A DNA stretch of 15,549 nt from Gemmatimonadota bacterium (lineage in GTDB: Bacteria > Gemmatimonadota > Gemmatimonadetes > Longimicrobiales > Gaopeijiaceae): assembly GCA_039587515.1 (NCBI GenBank), contig JBDHII010000077.1, forward strand, positions 1-15,549. Direction: 5' to 3'. Below the pieces are notes generated by a model. That model saw only the letters and a list, made by a program, of their open reading frames with translations. It was not told the origin of the DNA and ran no database searches. Positions within the stretch are counted from its first letter, which is position 1, and each line of letters opens with the position of its first letter. This document shows, one piece after another, positions 6,842-14,504 of this stretch. Both the position numbers and the translations under genes were made by a program.

Positions 6842-7753
6842 TCAGCGCGCGCCGCTTCCCTTTCGTCCGATCGTCTGAACCGCGTCGGCCAGCGCGTCGC
6901 GCATCGTCGCCGTCGTCTTCACCTCACCCACGTCGATCCCGAGGTCGACGATCGTCTGGGCGATGGCCGGCGAGACTCCGGAGATCGTCGTCTCACAGCC
7001 CATGAGCTTGGTCGCCCGGGTGATCTTGATGAGGTGGTTCGCCACGGCCGTATCCACGACTCCAACCCCGCTGATGTCGAGAATGAAGACGCGGGCCTGC
7101 GACTCGGCGATCTTGCCGAGCGTGGCGTTCATGATGTCCCGAGACCGCTTCGAATCGATGATTCCGACGATCGGCAGGAACAGGAGGCTCTCCCAGATCT
7201 GCGTCACCGGCGTCGACATCTCCATGAGCGACCGGGACTGGGCGGTCAGCGTCTGCTCGACGAGGTGATTGTAGGTGTCGACGACGATGGCCGTGTCGAG
7301 ATGCAAGAGCTTGATGACGGCATCGAGCGTGGGAGCCCGATCAGCATCCGCGAAATCCCCCTCACGGATGACCATGCTGAACAGCTCCTGAAACATGTTC
7401 ATCCCGGCGAAGTACGTGTTCAGCGGCAGTCCGATGCGGGCATGCGCCTCTCCGACGAGCCGGCGCCGCTCGACGTATTCCGCATCGACCGTCCCCGCCA
7501 TGAAGGCCTCCCAGTAGCCCTGTTGCAGGGATTGGACGCGCTTCAGCGTCTCGGGATCCGCGAAGAACTCGTCGTAGTCGGGGAGCTTGGCGAGCCACTC
7601 GTACCACTTGTCCACAAGCTCGTCCATTCGGGCCAAGGCCTGCTCCCCGAAGATACGAATCCGCTCCAGGCCTTCATCGTCGAGGCGATACAGCTCCAGG
7701 AGCGCCCTGTGATCGACATGATGGTCGCCCGTCGTTGCGTAGTGACCGGCCAT
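6842..7753 (-). CDS. rsbR: RsbR-like stressosome sensor: an N-terminal globin-coupled sensor (protoglobin-type) domain plus a C-terminal STAS domain.
   Basis: The C-terminus VFILDISGVGVVDTAVANHLIKITRATKLMGCETTISGVSPAIAQTIVDLGIDV is near-colinear with B. subtilis RsbRA (GVPVVDTMVAHHI...GIRPEIAQTIVNLGIEL), including the Thr phospho-sites. The N-terminal domain shows globin-sensor features (YWEAF..., VGEAHARIGLPLNTYFAG with a candidate proximal His). The start is the ATG at 7753 behind an AGGAGG SD (AGGAGGCGAGCTTTCAATG). The ORF-track extension to 8011 is Arg/Trp-rich out-of-frame junk. Confidence 0.8.
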   Translation of the reverse strand: MAGHYATTGDHHVDHRALLELYRLDDEGLERIRIFGEQALARMDELVDKWYEWLAKLPDYDEFFADPETLKRVQSLQQGYWEAFMAGTVDAEYVERRRLVGEAHARIGLPLNTYFAGMNMFQELFSMVIREGDFADADRAPTLDAVIKLLHLDTAIVVDTYNHLVEQTLTAQSRSLMEMSTPVTQIWESLLFLPIVGIIDSKRSRDIMNATLGKIAESQARVFILDISGVGVVDTAVANHLIKITRATKLMGCETTISGVSPAIAQTIVDLGIDVGEVKTTATMRDALADAVQTIGRKGSGAR

Positions 7754-7805
7754 TGAAAGCTCGCCTCCTGTGATGAAAGCCCCCGCCTCTGGCGGCAGGG
7801 TATCC

Positions 7806-9704
7806 TCAATTCTCGTGTTCGACTGCGATCTCGATGGCATCGCGAAGCGTGCGCGCCGTGACGATGCCGTGAATGTCCACGTTGCTCTCCGCCATCCGTG
7901 CGGCCATCTCCGGCCGCACCCCGGATATGATCGCCCGGGCCCCCAACAAGCCGGCCGAGCGCGCGACCTTGAGAAGCCCCTGGGCGACATCGTCGTCCAG
8001 GTTGGGCACACCCGTCAGATCCAGGATCGCGAACCGCGCACCCTTCTCGTGCAGCTGACTCGTCAGCGACTGGCGAAGCTGCTCACAGCGGGCCGTGTCG
8101 AGCTCGCCCACGAGAGGGAGCACGACCACGTCGTCGTGAATCGGGATGAGCGGGGTCGAGAGCGCTTCGATCGAGCGGTTTTGCCGATCGATCAGCTCTC
8201 GAAGCGAGACGCGCATCGCCTCGAAGCTGCCAGCCAGCTCCCCGATCTCGTCACCCCGATCGACTTCGACCTGGGCTTCGAGGTCGCCGCTCGCCAGTTG
8301 ACTCGCCGTGACGGAGAGCGCTCGGATCGGGCGCGTCAGATTTCCTGCGAACCAGACTGCGAGCGCACCGAGGAGCGGAAGAAGGAGCGCGACCCACAGG
8401 AGCATGCGATTGCGCTGAGCGACGACCGGCGAGAGCGCCTCCGCGGCGTCGATCTCACTCATCAAAACCCAATCCAGGTCTGGAATGCTCAGGGGTCGGA
8501 AGCTCGAGAACACCTCGACGTCCCGGTAGTCCGGAAAGCGGGCCACGCCCGTCTCGCCGCCGAGCGCGAGCTCCGTACCGCGGGTCCGGACGGGCTGGAG
8601 GCCTACGGCGCTCCCCTGCGCCTCGATGGACCGAACCGTTGCCGGAGGCACACCCGCCTCACCGATCGCCGTGAGATACGCCTCGACGTCCTCCACCAGG
8701 AACCTCGACTCGGTCCTCAGCCGGTAGTCGGGGCCTACGAGGTAGGACTCGCCGGACTCACCGAGCCCGGTCGCCTGCCAAGCCGCCCCGCTCGTCATCA
8801 CGTCGTTGATGCGGTCCAACGGAAGCTGGAAAACCAGAACGCCCAGGAGCTCGCCGTCCTGCATCACGGGTGAGGCGATGAAAGAAGCTTGGGCACCGTA
8901 GGAAGGAGCGTACGGCTCGAAGTCTTCGAGCCGCGTGAAAGCGGCGCTTCCGGCGGCCAGCGCAGCGCGGTAGACCGAAGCGAGGTTGGATTCTCGGTAC
9001 GGACCCGCCTCGAGCGTCGTGCCGAAGTCGACCTCTTTGAAAACCGAGTAGACGATGCGGTGCGTCTGCGCATCGACCAGGAAGACGTCGTAGTAGCCGA
9101 AGCGTTCCAGGAAGCTCCGGAGCAGCGGGTGATAGCGCCCATGCACCGCGTCGTACCGCGTGCCCGCTTCGGCACGGTCCAGCAGGTGCTTGGAGCCCAC
9201 AGCGAAGGGGTTCGAGCTCACGTAGAGGTATTGGAGTAGACGCCCCAGTCCGTCCGATGGCCAATATTCCGAGAGCGGGCCGGCATCGTCCGAATTGGCC
9301 GAGAGCCTCGGAAGAAACTCGTCCTGGTAGTAGAGCCTCAGGCCGAGGTCGAGGTCACTCGCCGACGGCCCGGAGGCCAGAAGCTCGTTCTCCAGCGTTC
9401 GCGCCGCGGCAGTAAACTCGCGGAGCGCCTCCACGACCATGAGGTTCTCGGACTGGGTGACCACCTGGTCGCGGATCGTCTCGAAGTAGCCCTCGATCTG
9501 CCGGCCCTTGAGCTCCCGGACCGACGTCAGTAGATCGAGGGCCTGCTGCTCGGAGGTGGAGACGCCGAGGCGGTAGGCCACGGCAGCCATCGTCCCGACC
9601 GAGATGATCGTTACGATCGCCAGCACCGAGAGGACGCGCAGGCGGATCGAGAGATCCCTCAGACCCTGGCTCGATGCGCCGGCTCGCTCAGACTCTGGTG
9701 ACAC
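7806..9704 (-). CDS. Membrane-anchored sensor: TM1, a ~380-aa periplasmic Cache-like (double PAS-like) domain, TM2, a HAMP domain and a C-terminal RsbR/RsbS-type STAS domain.
   Basis: The hydrophobic segments are VLSVLAIVTIISVGTMAAVAY and MLLWVALLLPLLGALAVWFAG. HAMP is indicated by LTRPIRALSVTASQLASGDLEAQVEVDRGDEIGELAGSFEAMRVSL. The STAS motif is FAILDLTGVPNLDDDVAQGL...AIISGVRPEMAARMAES, which is stressosome-type but has Asp in place of the phosphorylatable Ser/Thr. The GTG start at 9704 overlaps the upstream small ORF by 17 nt. Confidence 0.75.
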   Translation of the reverse strand: MSPESERAGASSQGLRDLSIRLRVLSVLAIVTIISVGTMAAVAYRLGVSTSEQQALDLLTSVRELKGRQIEGYFETIRDQVVTQSENLMVVEALREFTAAARTLENELLASGPSASDLDLGLRLYYQDEFLPRLSANSDDAGPLSEYWPSDGLGRLLQYLYVSSNPFAVGSKHLLDRAEAGTRYDAVHGRYHPLLRSFLERFGYYDVFLVDAQTHRIVYSVFKEVDFGTTLEAGPYRESNLASVYRAALAAGSAAFTRLEDFEPYAPSYGAQASFIASPVMQDGELLGVLVFQLPLDRINDVMTSGAAWQATGLGESGESYLVGPDYRLRTESRFLVEDVEAYLTAIGEAGVPPATVRSIEAQGSAVGLQPVRTRGTELALGGETGVARFPDYRDVEVFSSFRPLSIPDLDWVLMSEIDAAEALSPVVAQRNRMLLWVALLLPLLGALAVWFAGNLTRPIRALSVTASQLASGDLEAQVEVDRGDEIGELAGSFEAMRVSLRELIDRQNRSIEALSTPLIPIHDDVVVLPLVGELDTARCEQLRQSLTSQLHEKGARFAILDLTGVPNLDDDVAQGLLKVARSAGLLGARAIISGVRPEMAARMAESNVDIHGIVTARTLRDAIEIAVEHEN

Positions 9705-10083
9705 GCACGCTTCCGGTTGGAAGGGTCACGTACCAGACCGACTCCGTGATGACGGATTCGACCGGATAGACGAGCCCTCCCTGGTCGAGCGCGTCCCCGA
9801 GCCGCATCGCTACGGAGATCCGGCCCTCCTCCACCCACTGGTTGTCCGCCTGGACCGTGAAAGCCAGTCCGGGACCGATCTGGGCCGCGAGAGAGGTGTG
9901 ACCCCCTTCATAGACATCCACCACCGCCTCGGACGGATCCGGATTGGCGCTGAGGACCCATGCGCCGGACGTCTCCTCGTGCGTCAGGAACTCCTCACGC
10001 GTCTCCCGATAGAGGACCGAGTCGGGACCGAGTCCGCCGAGCTCCAATGTCTCTCGCAACGCCTTCGCGGTCGCATCGTCCAT
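9688..10083 (-). CDS. Hypothetical protein (131 aa).
   Basis: ATG at 10083 with a GGAGGAGAAGTG-ATG SD. MDDATAKALRETLELGG...VRVTRV. GC3-rich. Its stop overlaps the GTG start of the Cache-HAMP-STAS gene (GTGTCACCAGAGTCTGA). I found no recognisable motif. Confidence 0.45.
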   Translation of the reverse strand: MDDATAKALRETLELGGLGPDSVLYRETREEFLTHEETSGAWVLSANPDPSEAVVDVYEGGHTSLAAQIGPGLAFTVQADNQWVEEGRISVAMRLGDALDQGGLVYPVESVITESVWYVTLPTGSVRVTRV

Positions 10084-10158
10084 CACTTCTCCTCCCACGC
10101 GAGTTTACCGGAGTCTGAGTCTGACCCCAGGGCGAAGTCTCCGCAATCACCCGATCGC

Positions 10159-11178
10159 TCAGAGCTCCTTGGGGATCTCGGCGGTCGACGTGGACTCGCC
10201 TCCGCGCGCCATGCGCTCGAAGTCGACGCCGGTAGCCGTCTTCATCTGCTCGATCATCGAAACGGCACTCCCCGTGAGGTTGCGAACGTAGTTCGGCAGC
10301 CCCTCGCCGCCCTGCTCCCCCCCTCCGTCGAGGATCGTGAGCTTGTCCACGCGCAGGTTGTCCGCTACCACGCGCGTGACCTTCTCGATCAGGTCCGGGA
10401 ACATGTGGATGAGGAAGAGCTCGTGGGTCTTGCCCTCGTCCCATTCCGCCCTCATCAGCTGGACGGCGTCGGCCGTGGCCTTCCCCTGCTCCCGGATGCG
10501 GGCCGCTTCTCCTTCAGCCCGAAGCCGCTCCGCCTCCGCCATGGCCGTCGCGGGGATCACCGTGTCGGCCTCATGCCTCCGCTTGCTCAACTCGGCCCGG
10601 ATGGACTCGAGCTCGACCTCGCGCTCGACGCGGGCGATCTGCCCGGCGACCTGGGCGCGCTCGCGTGCCTCGTTCTCGGACGCTTTGAGGTTGGCCCGCT
10701 CGACCTCCAGCGCGTTTTCCTTCTGGATGACCAGCTGCTCGGCGGCGATCTCCGCCTCCCGCCCGACGCGACGCTGCTCGGCCGACACCTCCCTCGCCTG
10801 AGCTTCCGCCTCCGCCTCCGCGATCTGAGCGTCGCGGTGCACCTCGGCATTACGCTTGCGTCCGATGGCCTGCAGGTAGCCCGCCTCGTCCGAGAGGTCG
10901 TGGATCTGGAAGAAGTCCAGCACGATGCCGAGGCCGGCGAGCTCCTCACGCGCACGCTCCGCCACTTCCTGGGCCAGCTCGAGCCGGCGCTCATTGGCCT
11001 CTTCCGGTCGGACGCCCGCGATCACGCCGCGCAACGCACCCTCCAGCACCTGCTGCGCCGTCTTGTCGATGGCCTCTACGCCCTTGCCGAGGAACCGCTC
11101 GATGCCCGCCTCGAGCCCCTGCTCCTCCCGACCGGCGAGCTTCACGTTCGCACGGCCCTCGATGTCGACCGGGATCAT
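10159..11178 (-). CDS. Flotillin-family protein, C-terminal portion (the end of the SPFH domain plus Ala/Glu-rich coiled-coil repeats).
   Basis: IERFLGK...EGALRGVIAGVRPEEANERR..LAQEVAERAREELAGLGIVLDFFQIHDLSDEAGYLQAIGRKRNAEVHRDAQIAEAEAEAQA... matches the flotillin (FloT/YqiK) SPFH end and EA-repeat region. It begins at an ATG that overlaps (ATGA) the stop of the 66-aa N-terminal fragment. It is probably one gene interrupted by a frameshift (see findings). Confidence 0.75.
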   Translation of the reverse strand: MIPVDIEGRANVKLAGREEQGLEAGIERFLGKGVEAIDKTAQQVLEGALRGVIAGVRPEEANERRLELAQEVAERAREELAGLGIVLDFFQIHDLSDEAGYLQAIGRKRNAEVHRDAQIAEAEAEAQAREVSAEQRRVGREAEIAAEQLVIQKENALEVERANLKASENEARERAQVAGQIARVEREVELESIRAELSKRRHEADTVIPATAMAEAERLRAEGEAARIREQGKATADAVQLMRAEWDEGKTHELFLIHMFPDLIEKVTRVVADNLRVDKLTILDGGGEQGGEGLPNYVRNLTGSAVSMIEQMKTATGVDFERMARGGESTSTAEIPKEL

Positions 11179-11375
11179 CCCCAGAAGCCCCGACCACCCC
11201 GGATCAGCCGATAGCCGACGGTCGTGCCGTCCTTGGCCTGACGCTTCCGGCCCGAAATGATCACGACCTCGTTGGGCTGGCAGATCACGATGTTGGCCTT
11301 GATGAAGATCACCAGGGCCAGAACGGCCAGCGCCCCCACACCAAGGTAGATCCCGATAAGCTGTGCTTGATCCAT
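11175..11375 (-). CDS. Flotillin N-terminal fragment (a TM anchor plus the start of the SPFH domain), 66 aa.
   Basis: ATG at 11375 with a GAAGGAA SD, 19 nt after the glnA stop. LIGIYLGVGALAVLALVIFI (TM) is followed by IVICQPNEVVIISGRK...GYRLIRGGRGFWG, the canonical flotillin N-terminus. It ends at a TGA embedded in ATGA. Confidence 0.6.
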   Translation of the reverse strand: MDQAQLIGIYLGVGALAVLALVIFIKANIVICQPNEVVIISGRKRQAKDGTTVGYRLIRGGRGFWG

Positions 11376-11394
11376 GATGGTTCCTTCGGCCGCG

Positions 11395-12831
11395 CTACGC
11401 GTTGAAGTACAGAGCGAACTCCCCGGGGTGAGGCCGGAGGCGCACGTAGTCGATCTCGTTCTTTCGCTTGTAGTCGATCCAGGTTTCGATCAGGTCTTCA
11501 GTGAAAACGCCGTCCCGGACCAGGAAGTCGTAATCCGCTTCGAGCGCCGAGATCGCCTCGTCCAGGGTCCCCGGAGTGCGCTCGATCTCCCTTCCTCCCG
11601 AGCCCGCCGCAAGCTCGTAGATGTCTTCGTCCACGGGGTCGGCAGGCTCCAGCCCACGCCGAATCCCGTCGATTCCGGCGCACATGATCGCCGCGAAGCT
11701 GAGATAGGGGTTGCACGACGGATCTGGCGTGCGGAACTCGATCCGCTTCGACTTCGGACCCCCGGTCATCGTCGGGATGCGGATGCACGCGCTCCGGTTC
11801 CGTCCCGAATAGAGCAGGTTCATCGGGGCCTCGTAGCCCGGTACGAGCCTCCGATAGGAGTTCGTCGTCGGACAGCAGATCCCACAGAGAGCTCGGGCGT
11901 GCTCCAGTAGCCCCCCGATGAAGTGGACCGCCAGCGGGCTCAGGTCACCGTAGGTGCCCGCCTGGTAGAACACGTTCTTCCCCTCTTTCGAGAGGCTGAT
12001 GTTGTGGTGCATGCCCGAGCCGTTTTCCTGAAGGAGAGGCTTGGGCATGAAAGTGGCCGTCTTCCCGTACCGGGCCACCACGTTCTTGACCACGTACTTG
12101 TACATGATCGAGGCGTCGGCCTGGCTCAGCAGCGGACCGAACCGGAAGCCGATCTCGCACTGGCCCGCAGCACCCACCTCGTGATGGTGCAGCTCCGGCT
12201 GTAGGCCGACCCGCTTGAGCACGTGGGAGATCTTGGAGCGGAGGTTGTTGTACTGATCGATCGGTGGCGCCGAGAAGTACGCGCCACGCTGCGCGGCTCG
12301 GTGTCCCAGATTCGCGCTGTCACCCTTCTCGCCCGTCGCCCAGGACGCCGCGGAGCTGTTCAGGAAGAAGTACCCGTGCTGGGTGGCCTGATCGAAGCGG
12401 ACCTCGTCGAACACGAAAAACTCGATCTCGGGGCCCAGGTAGGCCGTGTCGGCGATCCCGAGCGAGCGCACGAGCTGCTCGGCCCGACGTGCGACCGAAC
12501 GCGGATCGCGCGAGAAGGTGTAGCGCCCGTTCGGGTCGACGATGTCACAGAAGACCGACAGTGCCGGATCGTCGAAGAAGGGATCCTCGAAGACCGAAGA
12601 CGCGTCGGGAATCAGGAGCATGTCGCTCTGGTTGATCCTCGTGAAGCCGCGGACCGAGGAGCCGTCGAAGGCCATGCCGTTGCGGAACAGGGCCTCGTCC
12701 ACCAGCTCGGCCGGCAGCGTGAGGTGCTGAAGCGTTCCGAAGAGATCCACGAACTTCAGGTCCAGGAACTGGATCTCGCGCTCGCCGATCATGCGGACGA
12801 GGTCGCGCGGGCTGGTTGGATGCCTGGTCAT
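11395..12831 (-). CDS. glnA: Glutamine synthetase, type I.
   Basis: 478 aa. The GS-I signatures are present, including GSGMHHNISL, NPY..., and the N-terminal beta-grasp and catalytic-domain layout. ATG at 12831 behind a GAGGA SD that overlaps the glnK stop. Confidence 0.95.
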   Translation of the reverse strand: MTRHPTSPRDLVRMIGEREIQFLDLKFVDLFGTLQHLTLPAELVDEALFRNGMAFDGSSVRGFTRINQSDMLLIPDASSVFEDPFFDDPALSVFCDIVDPNGRYTFSRDPRSVARRAEQLVRSLGIADTAYLGPEIEFFVFDEVRFDQATQHGYFFLNSSAASWATGEKGDSANLGHRAAQRGAYFSAPPIDQYNNLRSKISHVLKRVGLQPELHHHEVGAAGQCEIGFRFGPLLSQADASIMYKYVVKNVVARYGKTATFMPKPLLQENGSGMHHNISLSKEGKNVFYQAGTYGDLSPLAVHFIGGLLEHARALCGICCPTTNSYRRLVPGYEAPMNLLYSGRNRSACIRIPTMTGGPKSKRIEFRTPDPSCNPYLSFAAIMCAGIDGIRRGLEPADPVDEDIYELAAGSGGREIERTPGTLDEAISALEADYDFLVRDGVFTEDLIETWIDYKRKNEIDYVRLRPHPGEFALYFNA

Positions 12832-12839
12832 CGAGGTCC

Positions 12840-13175
12840 TCAGTAGAGGGCCCGGGAGCCGCGCTCGCCGGTCCAGACAGTGACCACGTCCTGAAGCTCC
12901 AGAACGAAGATCTTACCCGAGCCACCGCTGTCCATGCAGCCCCTCGAGATCGCCTCTATCGCTCGCTCGAGGTTCGCGTCGTTGACGGCGACCTCGAGGC
13001 GAATCCGCTGAAAGAGAGAGACCTCCTTCTTCACGCCCCGGTACGTCTGCTGCTCGGTCCGAGAGGCAGTGCCCATGACGGAGGTTGCCGTCATGTGACG
13101 GACTTCGGTGTCGAACAGCGCCTGCTTGACGGAAGGAAGCTGCTCAGGCTTGATCAGCGCGACGATCATCTTCAT
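12840..13175 (-). CDS. glnK: Nitrogen regulatory protein PII (GlnK/NrgB-like).
   Basis: 111 aa. MKMIVALIKP..., a T-loop ending ...TYRGVKKEV (the B. subtilis NrgB-like YRGVKIE type), and GSGKIFV (B-loop, G[DS]GKIFV). ATG with a GGAGA SD, 18 nt after the amtB stop. Confidence 0.9.
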   Translation of the reverse strand: MKMIVALIKPEQLPSVKQALFDTEVRHMTATSVMGTASRTEQQTYRGVKKEVSLFQRIRLEVAVNDANLERAIEAISRGCMDSGGSGKIFVLELQDVVTVWTGERGSRALY

Positions 13176-13193
13176 GAGAAGGTCTCCACGCCT

Positions 13194-14504
13194 CTAGTCG
13201 GTGGTGAAGATCTGGAACCCGCCGTACGACTCGATTCCGTGCTCGTCGATGTCGAGGCCGCGCAGCTCGGTCTCCTTCGAGACGCGCAGGCCCAGAACGG
13301 AGTCGATCGACTTGAACACGACCCACATGGCCAGAACCGTGAAGCCCAGGCAGGCGATGACGCCCAGCGTCTGGGTGCCCAGCGGTCCGAAGCCACCCCC
13401 CATGAAGAGCCCGTCGCTCGTCGCTCCGAAGGCCTCCCGGCCCCAGAGCCCCACGGCCAGCGTTCCCCAGATTCCGCAGATCCCGTGGACCGCCACCGCC
13501 CCGACCGGATCATCGACCCGAATCGCGTCGATCCATGCGATTCCGTATACGCAGAGGATACCGGCGATGGCCCCGATCCAGAGCGCTGCTCCAGGGCTGA
13601 CGGCGGCACAGGGCGCCGTGATGCCGACGAGTCCGGCCAGAGCCCCGTTGAGGGCGAGAAGCAGGTCCGGCTTCTCGTACTTGATCCAGCTGACCACCAT
13701 CGCCGCGACTGCCCCGATCGAGGGCGCGAGCGTCGTGTTGATCGCGACCCGCGCGACCACGTCCGGCTCTCCCATCCCCAGCGTCGAGCCGGCGTTGAAG
13801 CCGTACCACCCGAACCAGAGGATGAAGACACCGAGCGAAGCCAGCGGGAGGCTGTGCCCTCCAATGGCGTTGGGTGATCCGTCCGCGTTGAACTTTCCGA
13901 TACGCGGACCGAGAACCCACGCACCGACCAGGCCGGTCGCACCTCCGACGGCGTGTACGACCGTCGAGCCGGCGAAATCGTGAAAGCCCAGCCCGCTGAG
14001 CCAGCCGCCTCCCCACACCCAGTGACCGACGATCGGATAGATGAAGGCGGAGAGGATGAAGGAGTAGGCGAGGTACGAGGTGAACTTCATCCGCTCTGCG
14101 ACCGCACCCGCTACGATCGTGGCCGCCGCACCCGCGAATACCGCCTGGAACAGCCAGAACACTTCGACCGGCAGGCCCTCCACGGGTGACTCCACCCCCA
14201 CCAGGAACCACCCTTCAGTTCCGAAGAGCAGCCCCTCCGACCCGTACATGATGGCGTATCCGAAGACGAAGTAGGCCAGAGCGGCGAAGCAGAAGTCCAG
14301 GAGGTTCTTCATCAGAACGTTCCCGGCGTTCTTGGTCCGCACGAGGCCGGCCTCGAGCACGCTGAACCCGGCCTGCATGAAGAAGACGAGGATCGCGGCC
14401 AGCAGAATCCACAGCGTGCTCACGCTGTCGAACCCGCTCGCCTCCTGAACTGCTGGCAGGGCTGGATTCAAGTCGAAGAATCCCACACGAAAGGCAAGAG
14501 CCAT
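13194..14504 (-). CDS. amtB: Ammonium transporter (Amt family).
   Basis: 436 aa and 11-12 TM. The conserved Amt motifs include DFAGSTVVHAVGG and HG..G........; ATG at 14504. Confidence 0.95.
   Translation of the reverse strand: MALAFRVGFFDLNPALPAVQEASGFDSVSTLWILLAAILVFFMQAGFSVLEAGLVRTKNAGNVLMKNLLDFCFAALAYFVFGYAIMYGSEGLLFGTEGWFLVGVESPVEGLPVEVFWLFQAVFAGAAATIVAGAVAERMKFTSYLAYSFILSAFIYPIVGHWVWGGGWLSGLGFHDFAGSTVVHAVGGATGLVGAWVLGPRIGKFNADGSPNAIGGHSLPLASLGVFILWFGWYGFNAGSTLGMGEPDVVARVAINTTLAPSIGAVAAMVVSWIKYEKPDLLLALNGALAGLVGITAPCAAVSPGAALWIGAIAGILCVYGIAWIDAIRVDDPVGAVAVHGICGIWGTLAVGLWGREAFGATSDGLFMGGGFGPLGTQTLGVIACLGFTVLAMWVVFKSIDSVLGLRVSKETELRGLDIDEHGIESYGGFQIFTTD

Noticed and set aside
9604-11214. 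536-aa plus-strand ORF, and similar long plus-strand ORFs (430..1524, 992..2032, 2192..3433, 3573..4439, 4488..5150, 5663..6691, 6153..6878, 7034..7756, 7770..8873, 12223..12846, 12816..13877, 13201..13983, 14532..15116).
   Set aside because: Each lies antisense to, and inside, a minus-strand gene with strong family-level motifs. Their translations are Arg/Pro/Ala-rich, low-complexity and motif-free, as expected for stop-poor antisense frames in ~68 % GC DNA.
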